Source: Gemmatimonas sp.
Lineage (GTDB): Bacteria; Gemmatimonadota; Gemmatimonadetes; Gemmatimonadales; Gemmatimonadaceae
Length of the DNA: 64,000 nt
NCBI GenBank assembly: GCA_965279375.1
Contig: OZ257156.1
Span: forward strand, 1,312,001-1,376,000
Direction: 5' to 3'
The position numbers and the translations under genes were made by a program. Within the stretch, counting starts at the first letter, position 1. Each line of letters begins with the position of its first letter. The notes beneath the pieces were generated by a model that was not told the DNA's origin, did no database searches, and saw only the letters and a list, made by a program, of their open reading frames with translations. Below, in pieces: positions 48,730 through 58,501 of this stretch.

Positions 48730-48842
48730 TGGTGCCGTCCGCATCGCGGAGCTCGTAGCAGAATCGCGAGTAGCGACGGTGTGGTGTGCAGTTACTCAAT
48801 CCGTCGGGTCGTGCGCGTGAGGAACGCGTCTTCGAAAACGCA

Positions 48843-48963
48843 ACCTAACGAGCGTTGCTTCAGTCAAAGGCGAGGCGGTAGGCTGTGTAACTGCGCAACG
48901 CTCCGCGTTGCTCCGTTCACAGCTAATTCATGAGAGCCTTTGCAGCAGAAGCCGGCGTTAGAT
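48843..48963 (+). repeat. attC site, divergent family B
   Basis: ACCTAAC...GTTAGAT; central TGTAACTGCG...CCGTTCAC. Confidence 0.85.
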
Positions 48964-48996
48964 GGCTCGATCGATACTTCACCAAACGGAGCGTAA

Positions 48997-49872
48997 GTGG
49001 CGATGCGGCACGGGCGTGGTCGTGATCTGACGCAGCTGGTCGGATTCGTGGCGGGTGCCGCGGTGTGTCTGGTTGTCAGCATCGCGGCCGTGGGCATCCT
49101 GACTGGGTCCGTCGGCGGCGTGAGTTGGGTCGCGACATCGGGACTCGTGAGCGTCCTCTTCAGCGGGTGGCTGCTACTGCTCTCGGCGTTCGTCGTCCGT
49201 CGGCAACACCGCACGCTGGCGCTCCTCGGCTTGCCCACGACATCCGCGCGACTCCATGAGTGCGGCGTGGGCCTCGCGGTCAGTGTGCCGCTCTTCGTCG
49301 GCGTCGCGGGGATGCAAAGCCTCATTGTGGGCGCGCCCTGGCATTGGCTCGGCTCCGCGAGCGCGGCGCGCGCCCTCGCGGGCGCCCCACTCGTCTTGGC
49401 GCTGGTGCTCGCCGAGGAACTCCTGTTTCGCGGCGTCGCGTTCCAGATGCTCCGCGCTCTCACGGGAGACCGGGCGGCGGTGCTGCTCTCGGCGCTGTGT
49501 TTCGGCGCCTACCATCTCGTCGGCTCGCACGATTGGGCGATGGGGGCCGTGTTTCGCTTCGCCCTCCCCGCGCTGGGCGGGGTGCTCTTCGGGTGGGCCG
49601 CGATTCGGAGCCGCGGCCTCGCGCTCCCGATCGGCTTGCATTGGGGCGGCAATTGGGTGCAAGCGCAGGTGGCCGTCTTTCAGCCCACCGGGCAGGCCGC
49701 CGCGGCACCGGTGGCGGGCGTCTGGCGCATTCCGGTCACGGCTGCGGACGTGCAGGCGTTGACAGCGCCCGATCTCTCGGCGCGGCTGCCGTATCTGGTC
49801 GCACTGGCCCTCTGCGCGCTCGCCATCGTGCTGGTGCGTCCGTCGACGCCGCACCGCTCGCTCGCCATCTAA
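48997..49872 (+). CDS. CPBP (CAAX/Abi) intramembrane metalloprotease
   Basis: EELLFRG, FGAYH, IGLHWGGN; stop in attC. Confidence 0.9.
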   Translation: MAMRHGRGRDLTQLVGFVAGAAVCLVVSIAAVGILTGSVGGVSWVATSGLVSVLFSGWLLLLSAFVVRRQHRTLALLGLPTTSARLHECGVGLAVSVPLFVGVAGMQSLIVGAPWHWLGSASAARALAGAPLVLALVLAEELLFRGVAFQMLRALTGDRAAVLLSALCFGAYHLVGSHDWAMGAVFRFALPALGGVLFGWAAIRSRGLALPIGLHWGGNWVQAQVAVFQPTGQAAAAPVAGVWRIPVTAADVQALTAPDLSARLPYLVALALCALAIVLVRPSTPHRSLAI

Positions 49873-49977
49873 CCTTGCGTTGCGGTAGACGGGGCCTGCC
49901 AAGACTGTGGCCTGTTCGCTGGCGCTCACGGGCCACAACTTGTTGAAGGGCCCCGCTACCGAACGCGATCGTGAGAT
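49867..49977 (+). repeat. attC site, family A, core GTT changed to GTG
   Basis: ATCTAAC...GTGAGAT. Confidence 0.88.
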
Positions 49978-50002
49978 GGCCGCACCACTATCACCAACAT
50001 GC

Positions 50003-50692
50003 ATGAACAACGAGATCATACCGTACATAGAGATGTGTCGCCGCGAACGAGCCAGCCTACAGCGCGGGATGAACTTTGGCCTCGGTGGCACGCATTCGGT
50101 CATCCTAGTGTCTGTGCAGCCGAACGCGCCCTATGCCGATCGCATTGAAGAGGACGGAACGGTATTGATCTATGAGGGTCATGACGAACCTCGCACGACC
50201 CGAGTTCGAGAGCCGAAACGAGTTGATCAGCCCGAACGAACGCCAGGAGCGCGACTAACGCAGAACGGTCAATTCGCAGAGGCCGCGACAGCATTCAAGC
50301 AAGGACTTCGCGCGCCTGAGCGAGTTCGCGTATACGAGAAGATCCGCAGCGGAATCTGGTCGTACAACGGGATGTTTCATCTCGTTGACGCGTGGACCGA
50401 GGCTGACGACTACCGCCAGGTCTTCAAGTTCCGGCTCGAAGCCGTCGAAGGCGAGGAGGATCTGACGCAGGCCGTGCCGATGCGCCCGGAACGACGTCGT
50501 ATCATCCCCTCACACGTAAAAATGGCCGTATGGCAGAGAGACGGCGGGAAGTGCACGAAATGCGGAGCGTCCGACGAGCTGCATTTTGACCATGTCATTC
50601 CGTTCTCGCGCGGCGGTACGTCGATTACGATCGAGAACGTCCAACTCCTCTGTGCTAGACACAACCTGGAGAAAAGCGCAAAGATCGAGTAA
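50003..50692 (+). CDS. HNH endonuclease with N-terminal SRA-like domain
   Basis: PYAD....G.VLIYEGHD...WSYNG.F (SRA-like); VWQRDGGKCTKCG..LHFDHVIP...NVQLLCARHN. Confidence 0.85.
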   Translation: MNNEIIPYIEMCRRERASLQRGMNFGLGGTHSVILVSVQPNAPYADRIEEDGTVLIYEGHDEPRTTRVREPKRVDQPERTPGARLTQNGQFAEAATAFKQGLRAPERVRVYEKIRSGIWSYNGMFHLVDAWTEADDYRQVFKFRLEAVEGEEDLTQAVPMRPERRRIIPSHVKMAVWQRDGGKCTKCGASDELHFDHVIPFSRGGTSITIENVQLLCARHNLEKSAKIE

Positions 50693-50699
50693 CGCGGCC

Positions 50700-50818
50700 A
50701 TCTAACCTCGCGTTGTTGCAGACAGCCACTCAACGGTGCGCCGTGTAACTGCGGCGCTGGCGCGCCTTCGTTCACGGCTTCCTATTTGAGCGGCTGCCGC
50801 AAAACGCAATCGTGAGCG
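50700..50818 (+). repeat. attC site, family B, core GTT changed to GTG
   Basis: ATCTAAC...GTGAGCG. Confidence 0.88.
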
Positions 50819-51034
50819 AGCATTGATCCTTTAAGAGCACAGACTGGGAGCCTTGCGGTGGTGTGGCGGGACCAGCGCAGGTCAGACGCTGCGAACGGAT
50901 TTGCGCGCACGGGGTTTGAGCCGACACGTCAGCTCCTCGCGCGCCGGCGTGGTCCTCACGCTACTCCCACCTGATCCGTCGTCGCCGCACGGCCCGACAC
51001 CGGAGGCACCCTGACATCGACGACGCGCCGGATC

Positions 51035-51421
51035 GTGGGGATCGTCGTCGGCGGGTGCGTTGGCGTCGCGGTGGCCATCGCGGCGACGATCCTGGTTCGA
51101 CGCCTCTGGCCGGCGTACGTCCTCGCGGAGCCCACCAAAGCGTACTCCGTCCCGATGCTCCTGGCGCGGCTCACGGTGGGGGCGCTGTGCATGGCCGTTG
51201 CGGCGTGGGTGGCGACGCGCGTCGCGCAGGATGCCGGCACGGCCGCAAGTTGGCTCGGAGGCGTCGTCTTTGCCGTCTCGCTGTGGGACCATCTCGTGCT
51301 GGTGTGGGCGGACTATCCAGGGTGGTACCACCTTGTGTACTTGTCGTACCTAGTCCCCCTCGCCGTTGTGAGTGGGCGCCTCGCTGCGCGCCGCGCGCGG
51401 ATCAGCCGGGCGCCCCGCTGA
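51035..51421 (+). CDS. 4-TM membrane protein
   Basis: Hydrophobic helices, YPGWYH; possible in-frame CTG start at 51011 after GGAGG. Confidence 0.65.
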   Translation: MGIVVGGCVGVAVAIAATILVRRLWPAYVLAEPTKAYSVPMLLARLTVGALCMAVAAWVATRVAQDAGTAASWLGGVVFAVSLWDHLVLVWADYPGWYHLVYLSYLVPLAVVSGRLAARRARISRAPR

Positions 51422-51558
51422 TGGCACCGTGCGTGCGCCGTGCACGCGATGCGTCGAGCGACGGAGTGCTGGGGGCGATGCGCGGACTCACCGTCAGCAC
51501 GGACGCTCGCCAAACGCGTCGGCGCGGCGCCGTCGTGGACGCGGGGCGGTGGGGCCGC

Positions 51559-52850
51559 TGAACAGTCGGGAAGATAGGTGACACTTTGTCCGGGGACATC
51601 GCTAACAGTCTTTCTTGAGAGACGGCGCGCCGGTGATCGTGCGGGAATGCTCGTCAAAGCGACCGAGCAGCGTGTCGTAGTCGAGCACGTTCCAGACGCC
51701 ATCCTGTACCTCCTCGAGACCGATCATCTCGCCGTTGAGTGCTTGGGTTAAGAACTGCTGGCCGTTGTGGAGGCGGAACGTGCCCGCCGTGCTGACGCGG
51801 CGGACTTCGAAGTGGCCCGGATAGGTCGGTGGCGCAATGCGGCTCGGCAACGGTCGGCTGGAGGGAGTCCATCGCGAGGCGGGGGTCTCATCGTTCAGGG
51901 CTTCATGGGGTCGCACCTCGTTGTAGGTGTGCGTAAACGTGTTGAACACGCGTTGCTGTAGTTTGGCGTTCGCCGCCGCGGGTTTGGTGACGTGCGCTTT
52001 CAGCACTCGATGCATGCGTTCATGGGCGCCATTCTCCTGTGGACTCGCCGGCGTGATGCGTTGATGCACGATGCCGAGTTGCAGCCACCACGCATTGAGG
52101 CGATTCAACCCGTGAATGCCGTTCGACGCGAACGGCGCGCCGTTGTCGCTGCGGATCGCGTCCGGCAAACCATACGCGCGGAAAAGGCGTTGGAGCTCGC
52201 GCTGCACGCCCTGCGCCTTCACATCGGGAAAGCTTTGGCAGCAGAGGAGGTAGCGGCTGAAATGATCGACGATGGTCAACGGATAGCAGTACACGCCATC
52301 ACGCGTCCGAAACTGCCCTTTGAAGTCGATGGTCCACACTTGGTTCGGCGCCGTCGTCTGCAACGGGGCCGCGCCGGGGTGTTTCCAGTGCGTCCGGGAC
52401 CGGCGGCGGCGCACGCGGTCATTCCGCGCGAGGATATCGAAGATCGTGCTGCGCGCGGGCCAGTCGCGCGTCGGATCGAGCGTCTGGAGTCGCTTCAGAA
52501 TCTTGCGGGCGCCCCAGCCATAGCGCGTGTGCTCGGCGAGAATCAGCGCGACAATCTCGGGCGCCGTCGCGAGCGGCGAGGAGTGCGGGGCGCGACTCTG
52601 CTCCTCCAGCCCGCGGACGCCGAGGGCGAGCACGCGCTCGCGCCATTTGTAGCCAGAATTTCGACTGATCCCGTAGCGCGTGCAAAGCTCCGTCATCGTC
52701 CACAGGCCACTCGCGAGATCCTGCGCAAAGTGCAGCCGCTCAAACATGGGATCGGTCTCCTGCCAGGGCATCGCCGTCTCTCCGAATGGGATGTCGGAAA
52801 GTGTCACCCATGTCCCCGGACACGTGTGAACCATGTCCCTGTACTGTACC
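51559..52850 (-). mobile_element. IS481-family insertion sequence
   Basis: Imperfect terminal inverted repeats sharing TGTCCGGGGACAT (about 51559-51607 and 52802-52850) around a DDE transposase; exact ends approximate; no target duplication seen. Confidence 0.85.
51602..52771 (-). CDS. IS481-family transposase
   Basis: MPWQET, HTH LCTRYGISRNSGYKW, WTIDFKG, SDNGAPF, PQENGAHER, YNEVRPHEAL. Confidence 0.92.
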   Translation of the reverse strand: MPWQETDPMFERLHFAQDLASGLWTMTELCTRYGISRNSGYKWRERVLALGVRGLEEQSRAPHSSPLATAPEIVALILAEHTRYGWGARKILKRLQTLDPTRDWPARSTIFDILARNDRVRRRRSRTHWKHPGAAPLQTTAPNQVWTIDFKGQFRTRDGVYCYPLTIVDHFSRYLLCCQSFPDVKAQGVQRELQRLFRAYGLPDAIRSDNGAPFASNGIHGLNRLNAWWLQLGIVHQRITPASPQENGAHERMHRVLKAHVTKPAAANAKLQQRVFNTFTHTYNEVRPHEALNDETPASRWTPSSRPLPSRIAPPTYPGHFEVRRVSTAGTFRLHNGQQFLTQALNGEMIGLEEVQDGVWNVLDYDTLLGRFDEHSRTITGAPSLKKDC

Positions 52851-52858
52851 GACGTGCG

Positions 52859-52968
52859 GCCTAACAGTGCGTTGCTGTTGACAACGGCTGCAAGTATTGC
52901 GGCCGGTTCGCTGCGCTCACTGGTCGCATCCGATTGAAGGGCCCTGCTGCCGAACGCAATCGTTAGAT
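52859..52968 (+). repeat. attC site, family A (chimeric arms)
   Basis: GCCTAAC...GTTAGAT. Confidence 0.9.
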
Positions 52969-53228
52969 GGTGGCAGAAGCATCCACGAGGCGTCGGACTC
53001 CGTGCGTACAATCGCGTGGGGTCGACGGGTGGCGCGGTGGCACGGAGCGCGCGCACTGTCTGGCTGGGTGCCGCGCCATTGGCGAGCGGTCCGGTGCGGC
53101 ACATCGCGCAGCGTTCTGCGAACACTAGGGACGCGAGCGTAGGTCCGACGGAAGGACGAGGATGCGCGCGGGTACTCACGGACACGTCGTTGGCCTGATG
53201 CCTCGGCCGCGCGGCGAGGGAGGCACGG

Positions 53229-54428
53229 GTGGAAGCTGTCAAAGCGTCGTTCCTCGCCCGCCCGGAGTTCAAGGCGGACCCGTATCCGTTCTACGCGCGC
53301 ATGCGTGCGGACGCGCCCGTGTTCCGGGTGTCGCTGCCGTTCCCACGGCAGCTCTGGCTGCTCACGCGCTACGACGACATCGTCGCCATGCTCACAGACG
53401 ACCGCGTGTCTCGCGACCTGTTGGCGAAGCTGCCGTGGTTTCCGCGCGTTGCCCGGCCGGTCTTCGACAACATGCTGGGCCGCGAGCCGCCCGACCACGG
53501 CCGCTTACGCCGGCTCGTGAGCATGGCCTTCACCCCGCGGCGGATCGATGCGCTCCGTGGAAAGGTCGAACGCGTCTGCGAGGACCTGCTGTCGGCCGCG
53601 CCCTCCGGCCGACCGTTCGACCTCGTCGCGGACTACGCCCTGCCCCTTCCGCTGACCGTCATCGCTGAGCTCCTGGGGGTCCCGCCCGGCGACCGCCAGC
53701 GCTTCCACACCCTGATTCGGGGAAGCCTGGCGCTGGGAGCGGGAACGGGGACGCTCTTCGATATCGCGCGCGCGCTTCCGTACTTCTCGCAGCTCACGCG
53801 CTACTTCCGCGGCCTGTTTGCTGAGCGCCGGCTGCGGCCGCGCGACGACCTGCTGTCGGCCCTGGTGCAGGCCGAGGAGGCTGGCGACCGGCTCAGCGCT
53901 GACGAGCTGCTCGGCACAGCCACGCTGCTCGCCGCCGCGGGGTACGAAACCACGGTGCACCTGATCGCATCCGGAGCCTTGGCGTTGCTCCAGACGCCTA
54001 GCGAGCGCGCGCGATTCGCGGAGGGGGGCGGCCTTGGCGACCGCGCGATCGAGGAACTGCTCCGGTATACGAGTCCCGTCGAAATGACGGCGCCCCGCAT
54101 CACGCTGGACGACATCGCGTTCGCCTCGGTGACGATTCCGAAGGGCTCGCTCGTCTCGGGCGTGCTGGGATCGGCGAACCGCGACGCATCGCATTTCGCC
54201 GAGCCCAACCGCCTCGACCTCGGGCGCGCGCCCAACCCGCATCTCGCGTTCGGCGTCGGCCACCACTTCTGTCTCGGCGCGAGCCTCGCACGGCTGGAAG
54301 CGCGCATCGCGCTGACGACCCTCTTCCGCTGCCGACCCGCGCTGCGGCTCGCCCAACCGGCGGAGGCGCTCCGCTGGCGCAAGTCGCTGCCGCTGCGCGC
54401 CTTGACCGCGCTGCCCGTCATCTCCTAG
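53229..54428 (+). CDS. Cytochrome P450
   Basis: AGYETT, EELLR, HLAFGVGHHFCLG; GGAGG RBS. Confidence 0.95.
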   Translation: MEAVKASFLARPEFKADPYPFYARMRADAPVFRVSLPFPRQLWLLTRYDDIVAMLTDDRVSRDLLAKLPWFPRVARPVFDNMLGREPPDHGRLRRLVSMAFTPRRIDALRGKVERVCEDLLSAAPSGRPFDLVADYALPLPLTVIAELLGVPPGDRQRFHTLIRGSLALGAGTGTLFDIARALPYFSQLTRYFRGLFAERRLRPRDDLLSALVQAEEAGDRLSADELLGTATLLAAAGYETTVHLIASGALALLQTPSERARFAEGGGLGDRAIEELLRYTSPVEMTAPRITLDDIAFASVTIPKGSLVSGVLGSANRDASHFAEPNRLDLGRAPNPHLAFGVGHHFCLGASLARLEARIALTTLFRCRPALRLAQPAEALRWRKSLPLRALTALPVIS

Positions 54429-54502
54429 CGACGCGGGCGGCGCGGATCAGTGAAATCTTGCGACGGTCGGTGGTCCAGCATAACGGGGCGCGGCGCGCCG
54501 CC

Positions 54503-54615
54503 ATCTAACTGTGCGTTGCTGCTGACAGCGCCTGCACGAAGTGCGGCCTATTGCTCGCTACGCTCGCTGGCCTCATCCTGTTGAAGGGCCCTGCAACCGA
54601 ACGCAATCGTTAGGT
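54503..54615 (+). repeat. attC site, family A
   Basis: ATCTAAC...GTTAGGT. Confidence 0.9.
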
Positions 54616-54680
54616 GGCGGCACAGCACTTGGTGCGGCGTCAGACGGCGTCGCGTTGGACTCACCCCTTCCGATACTCCC

Positions 54681-55253
54681 ATGACGACGTCGCGCGTCAC
54701 CGTCCACATGGCGGCCAGTCTCGACGGGTACGTGGCCCGTGCGGACGGGCGCGTCGATTGGCTCGAGACGCCGGATGAGTTTGCGGACGGCGTGACCTTG
54801 GAACCGAGCGCCGTCGCGGCGTTCCTCCAGACCATCGACTGCTACGTCATGGGCGCCCGCACCTACGAAACGGCGCTCGCGTTTGAAGCGCAGGGGTTCG
54901 GGTGGGCCTATGGCGACACCCCGACCATCGTCCTCACGCATGGGGCGCTCCCGCGCACCCGCGCGACGGTGGAGTTCTACGCGGGCGACCTCGCCGCGCT
55001 GGTCACGGGACGCCTGCGGTCGACCTACCGCCACATCTGGGTCGCCGGGGGGAGCGCGGTCGCGACGGCGTGCCTACAGCAAGGGCTCGCCGACGAGCTG
55101 CGCTACACGATTGTCCCCGTCGCGATTGGGGACGGCCTGCGCTTCTTCGGTGCCCTCGACCACGACCTCGCGCTGCATCTGGCCGAGGTCACCGCGTATC
55201 GGAACGGCCACGTGGAGCTGCGCTACGAGATTCGCCGGAGTCCACCGAAGTGA
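54681..55253 (+). CDS. Dihydrofolate reductase / RibD C-terminal family protein
   Basis: ASLDGYVA, VMGARTYE, IWVAGG, LADELRY..VPVAIGDG. Confidence 0.9.
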   Translation: MTTSRVTVHMAASLDGYVARADGRVDWLETPDEFADGVTLEPSAVAAFLQTIDCYVMGARTYETALAFEAQGFGWAYGDTPTIVLTHGALPRTRATVEFYAGDLAALVTGRLRSTYRHIWVAGGSAVATACLQQGLADELRYTIVPVAIGDGLRFFGALDHDLALHLAEVTAYRNGHVELRYEIRRSPPK

Positions 55254-55323
55254 CTACGCCGGCTGGTGCAGGGCCCCGCGGCTATCCTCTGCGGTGCGCA
55301 GCGTCCCCGTCGCATCGAGCGCC

Positions 55324-55434
55324 ACCTAACCGGGCGTTGCGGTAGACGCGGCCGTCAGGAATGGTGGCCTGTTCGCTGGCGCTCACTGGCCGCAATCTAT
55401 GATTGGGCGCTGCAAGCGAACGCGCTCGTTACAC
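55324..55434 (+). repeat. attC site, family A
   Basis: ACCTAAC...GTTACAC. Confidence 0.88.
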
Positions 55435-55503
55435 TGCGCCCGGCCATCGTACACGCACCCGCCGATACGAGCGTCGGCAGGTCTGACGCACGTCCGCGCT
55501 CGC

Positions 55504-56640
55504 TTACTCGACGGCGAGGAACGCCACGATGGGCGACGCCGGGTCGAGCAGGCCCACCACCGCGCGATAGACGTCGACGCCGTGCTCGCCGCTCGTGAAC
55601 ACCACGACCCCGCGTCGCCGTGCCGGGTCGAAGTACGCGAGCGTGCGCTCCCCGCCGGGTCGGCTGTTTAACCCGGTATGCATGAACACCGGTCCGGTGG
55701 CGTAGTCGAGGCGCACCCACCCGAGTGCTTGCGTGACGCGCTGCGGGCAATCAGCCGGCGGCGTGTGACACTGCCAGGTCAGCTGGGGACCGCGCGCCGG
55801 TTGCAGCCGTTCCGCAGCCAACGCCGGCGAGAGCCCGTCGCCGCGCAACACGCGCGCGAGGAAGCGGGCATAGTCCCCGGCGGTGGTGATCAGATTGTTG
55901 CCCGCGTTCCAGTGCGCGGAGTCCTCCACTTGGGGCGCGCCCCAGTGCCCCGCCGAGTCCAACGGGACGGCGAGGCGTCCGTTCATCCAGGCGCGCCGCG
56001 AGTACGACGTGCTCCGCATGCCGAGCGGACCGAAGACCATCGCCTCGGCCAAGTCCTCGAATGTGCGGCCGAGCGTGCGCTCGGCGAACCTCGCGGCGTA
56101 GTCGTAGCCCTCGCCGGCGTAGGCGTAGGCGCTCCCCGGCGCGAACGCGAGCTTCCCTCCCGGACTCCGGCCGCGCCAGTTCGGGAGGCCCGTCTGGTGC
56201 GCGAGCGCGTGGCGCACCGTCAGTCGCTGCGCGCGTGGGTCGCCGCTGACATCGGGGTCCACCCACGCGGATGCCATGGGCGCGTCGAGCGAGAGCCGTC
56301 CGGCCGCCACGAGGCGCAGGAGGACCTCGGCCGAGATGGGCTTCGTGACCGAGGCGAGCCCGTAGAGCGTCGCGGGGGTCGCGGGCACCCCCGCGGATTG
56401 CTCGCCATAGGCGCGCTCCAGCACGACGCGACCGTCCTCGATCACCGCCAGACTGACGGAGGCCACGCCGTAGCGCGTCAGGAGTGCGGGCACGCGTGCA
56501 TCGAGCGTTGCGCCGACCGCGGCCGGGGCCACGCCCACGGAGGCGCGGCGCCCGCAAGCGGCGGTTCCGAGCAGCAGCACGAGCGCGCGTGCGACGCTCG
56601 TCCGACCTCGGCGAGCGCACGGTATGTGGAGGAGCGGCAT
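55504..56640 (-). CDS. Serine hydrolase, beta-lactamase-related
   Basis: ASVTK, LAHQTGLPNW, YAGEGY, HTG; start uncertain. Confidence 0.88.
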   Translation of the reverse strand: MPLLHIPCARRGRTSVARALVLLLGTAACGRRASVGVAPAAVGATLDARVPALLTRYGVASVSLAVIEDGRVVLERAYGEQSAGVPATPATLYGLASVTKPISAEVLLRLVAAGRLSLDAPMASAWVDPDVSGDPRAQRLTVRHALAHQTGLPNWRGRSPGGKLAFAPGSAYAYAGEGYDYAARFAERTLGRTFEDLAEAMVFGPLGMRSTSYSRRAWMNGRLAVPLDSAGHWGAPQVEDSAHWNAGNNLITTAGDYARFLARVLRGDGLSPALAAERLQPARGPQLTWQCHTPPADCPQRVTQALGWVRLDYATGPVFMHTGLNSRPGGERTLAYFDPARRRGVVVFTSGEHGVDVYRAVVGLLDPASPIVAFLAVE

Positions 56641-56803
56641 CGGGTCCCCGGCGGTAAGTACCGCGCGCATGCGGAGCGTCATGGCGCGACGTACGACAGC
56701 GCGAGCCGTGGAATGGTTGGGAGCGGTCGCGCGAGATCGCGTGTCCGATCCGTTTCGCGGTGTCGCGTGGCGCTGGTACGGGGCGGCGTACGCGGGCGGC
56801 GCA

Positions 56804-56907
56804 GTGTAACCTTGCGTTGCTGCTGACAGGGCCTTCACGGAGTGCGGCCTATCGCTCGCTGGCCGGATCCTGTTGAAGGGCCCTGCAAGCGAACGCGATC
56901 GTTAGGC
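56804..56907 (+). repeat. attC site, family A (short central deletion)
   Basis: GTGTAAC...GTTAGGC. Confidence 0.88.
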
Positions 56908-57023
56908 CGCCTCGCGTTATGTCTGTTTGCTTCGGCGGGGGATCCCCGCTACCGCTGATCCAAACCGTGCACGCGCTGGCGCCGTCCAAGAGAGATACCC
57001 TTCTTCACCTCTCTGGACCTGCG

Positions 57024-58484
57024 ATGCGCTGCCTGCTGCTTGCCACTCTCTCCGTGCTCTGGGTCGCGCGGCCACTTGCCGCACAAGCGCCGCCGAGCGC
57101 GTCGGGCGCGCGTGTTCCGATGCTCTCGGCATCGGACGCGCAAGTCGATTTCGATGTGCTGCGACGGGCATTGGAGGAAGCACACGGCGGACTGTATCGC
57201 TACCGCACGAAGCCCGAGTTGGATCGCCGCTTTGATGCGGCGCGTGCGCAGCTCACGACGCCCGTGTCCCAGCTCGCGTTCGCACGCCTGCTGTCGGAGA
57301 CCATTGCCACCATCGGCGATGGTCACGCGCGGCTCGAACTCGATTCGTTGACGATCGCGACGCTGGCCGACGCATGCGTGTTCCCCCTACGGGTCCAGTT
57401 GGAAGGGGAGCGCCTGATGCTGCAATACAACGATTCGCCCGCCGACACGACGCTGCGTCCGGGGATGGAGCTTCGCTCGATCAACGGGCATCCGGTGTCG
57501 GCGGTCGTGGGCGCCCTGCTGCCGACGGTCGCGGGCGATGGCGAGATCCTGACCGGTAAGAGGACACGGCTGGCCCGCACGTTCGCCACGCTCTATTGGC
57601 TGTTCGTGGAACAGGCGAGCACGTACGTGATCACGGCCCGCGATGCAGGCGGCCGGACGGTGATGGCCACGCTCGCTGGCATTCGCGAAGCGGATCGCCT
57701 CGCGGTCCAGAATCCGGTCAACGCGACTCTCCTGCAGCATGCGGCGCGCCTCGCCGGGCCGCGCGGCAATATCAGCGTGGCGTTTTCGCCCGACGCATCC
57801 GTCGCGCACCTGCGCGTGCGCGCCTTCGACGGCGCCACGTTCGTGGCGACGCTCGACAGCGCCTTCGCGGCCATCAACGCCAACGGGACTCGCTCGCTCC
57901 TCCTCGATCTCCGGGGCAACGGCGGCGGTGTGGATCTGTATGGGGCAGCCCTGGTGTCGCATTTCATCGACCGCCCCTTTCGATACTTCGATCGGATCGA
58001 GCTCACGACGATTGCGCCCTCCTTTGCGACATGGAAGCCCGCGACCTTCGAAAACCTCCGAACCGGCACCGTGCCGGGCCCCACGGGCGGCTTTCGCGTC
58101 ACGCCAACGCTCCATGAAGGCGTCGCGATGCAGTCCCCGGCTGCGGTGCCATTCCGCGGCACTGTCGTGGTGCTCATCGACGGGGGCAGCTTCTCCACGA
58201 CCGCCGACGTCGCGGGGCAGCTCCGCGCCTGGGGACGCGCGACGTTCGTGGGGGAAGAGACGGCGGGCGACGCCGCCGGCAACACGTCGGGGCTGAACGC
58301 GCTGATCGTGCTCCCCCACTCGCAGCTCCGCCTCAAGGTCATGATGTACGGCTACTGGAACGCGGTGCACCCCGACACGCCGGGCCGTGGGACGCGGCCC
58401 GACCACGTGGTGGTCGCGCGGATCGCCGACTTGCTGCAGGGCACGGACGCGGCGCTGGAGCTGGCGCGGAGGCTGGTGAAGTAG
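57024..58484 (+). CDS. S41-family peptidase
   Basis: Signal peptide; DGHA, LDLRGNGGG, SFSTT, VGEETAG, G.RPD. Confidence 0.9.
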   Translation: MRCLLLATLSVLWVARPLAAQAPPSASGARVPMLSASDAQVDFDVLRRALEEAHGGLYRYRTKPELDRRFDAARAQLTTPVSQLAFARLLSETIATIGDGHARLELDSLTIATLADACVFPLRVQLEGERLMLQYNDSPADTTLRPGMELRSINGHPVSAVVGALLPTVAGDGEILTGKRTRLARTFATLYWLFVEQASTYVITARDAGGRTVMATLAGIREADRLAVQNPVNATLLQHAARLAGPRGNISVAFSPDASVAHLRVRAFDGATFVATLDSAFAAINANGTRSLLLDLRGNGGGVDLYGAALVSHFIDRPFRYFDRIELTTIAPSFATWKPATFENLRTGTVPGPTGGFRVTPTLHEGVAMQSPAAVPFRGTVVVLIDGGSFSTTADVAGQLRAWGRATFVGEETAGDAAGNTSGLNALIVLPHSQLRLKVMMYGYWNAVHPDTPGRGTRPDHVVVARIADLLQGTDAALELARRLVK

Positions 58485-58501
58485 GGGTGCCGAGAACGGC
58501 C

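Noticed and set aside
48997..49872. CPBP (Abi-named) protease as an abortive-infection system
   Set aside because: The family name is historical; sequence supports only an intramembrane protease
17327..50775. Recurring short ORFs such as MNGGAPAPQLHGAPLSG... and MLPVRCAHWSH...
   Set aside because: They are translations of the attC repeats, not a gene family
51600..51606. CGCTAAC as the R'' of the cassette starting at 50812
   Set aside because: It lies in the IS terminal repeat and transposase stop, and is not followed by L boxes or R'
52772..53272. N-terminal 167 aa of the tracked 556-aa transposase ORF
   Set aside because: Runs through the IS end and an attC; the family-typical start is MPWQET at 52771
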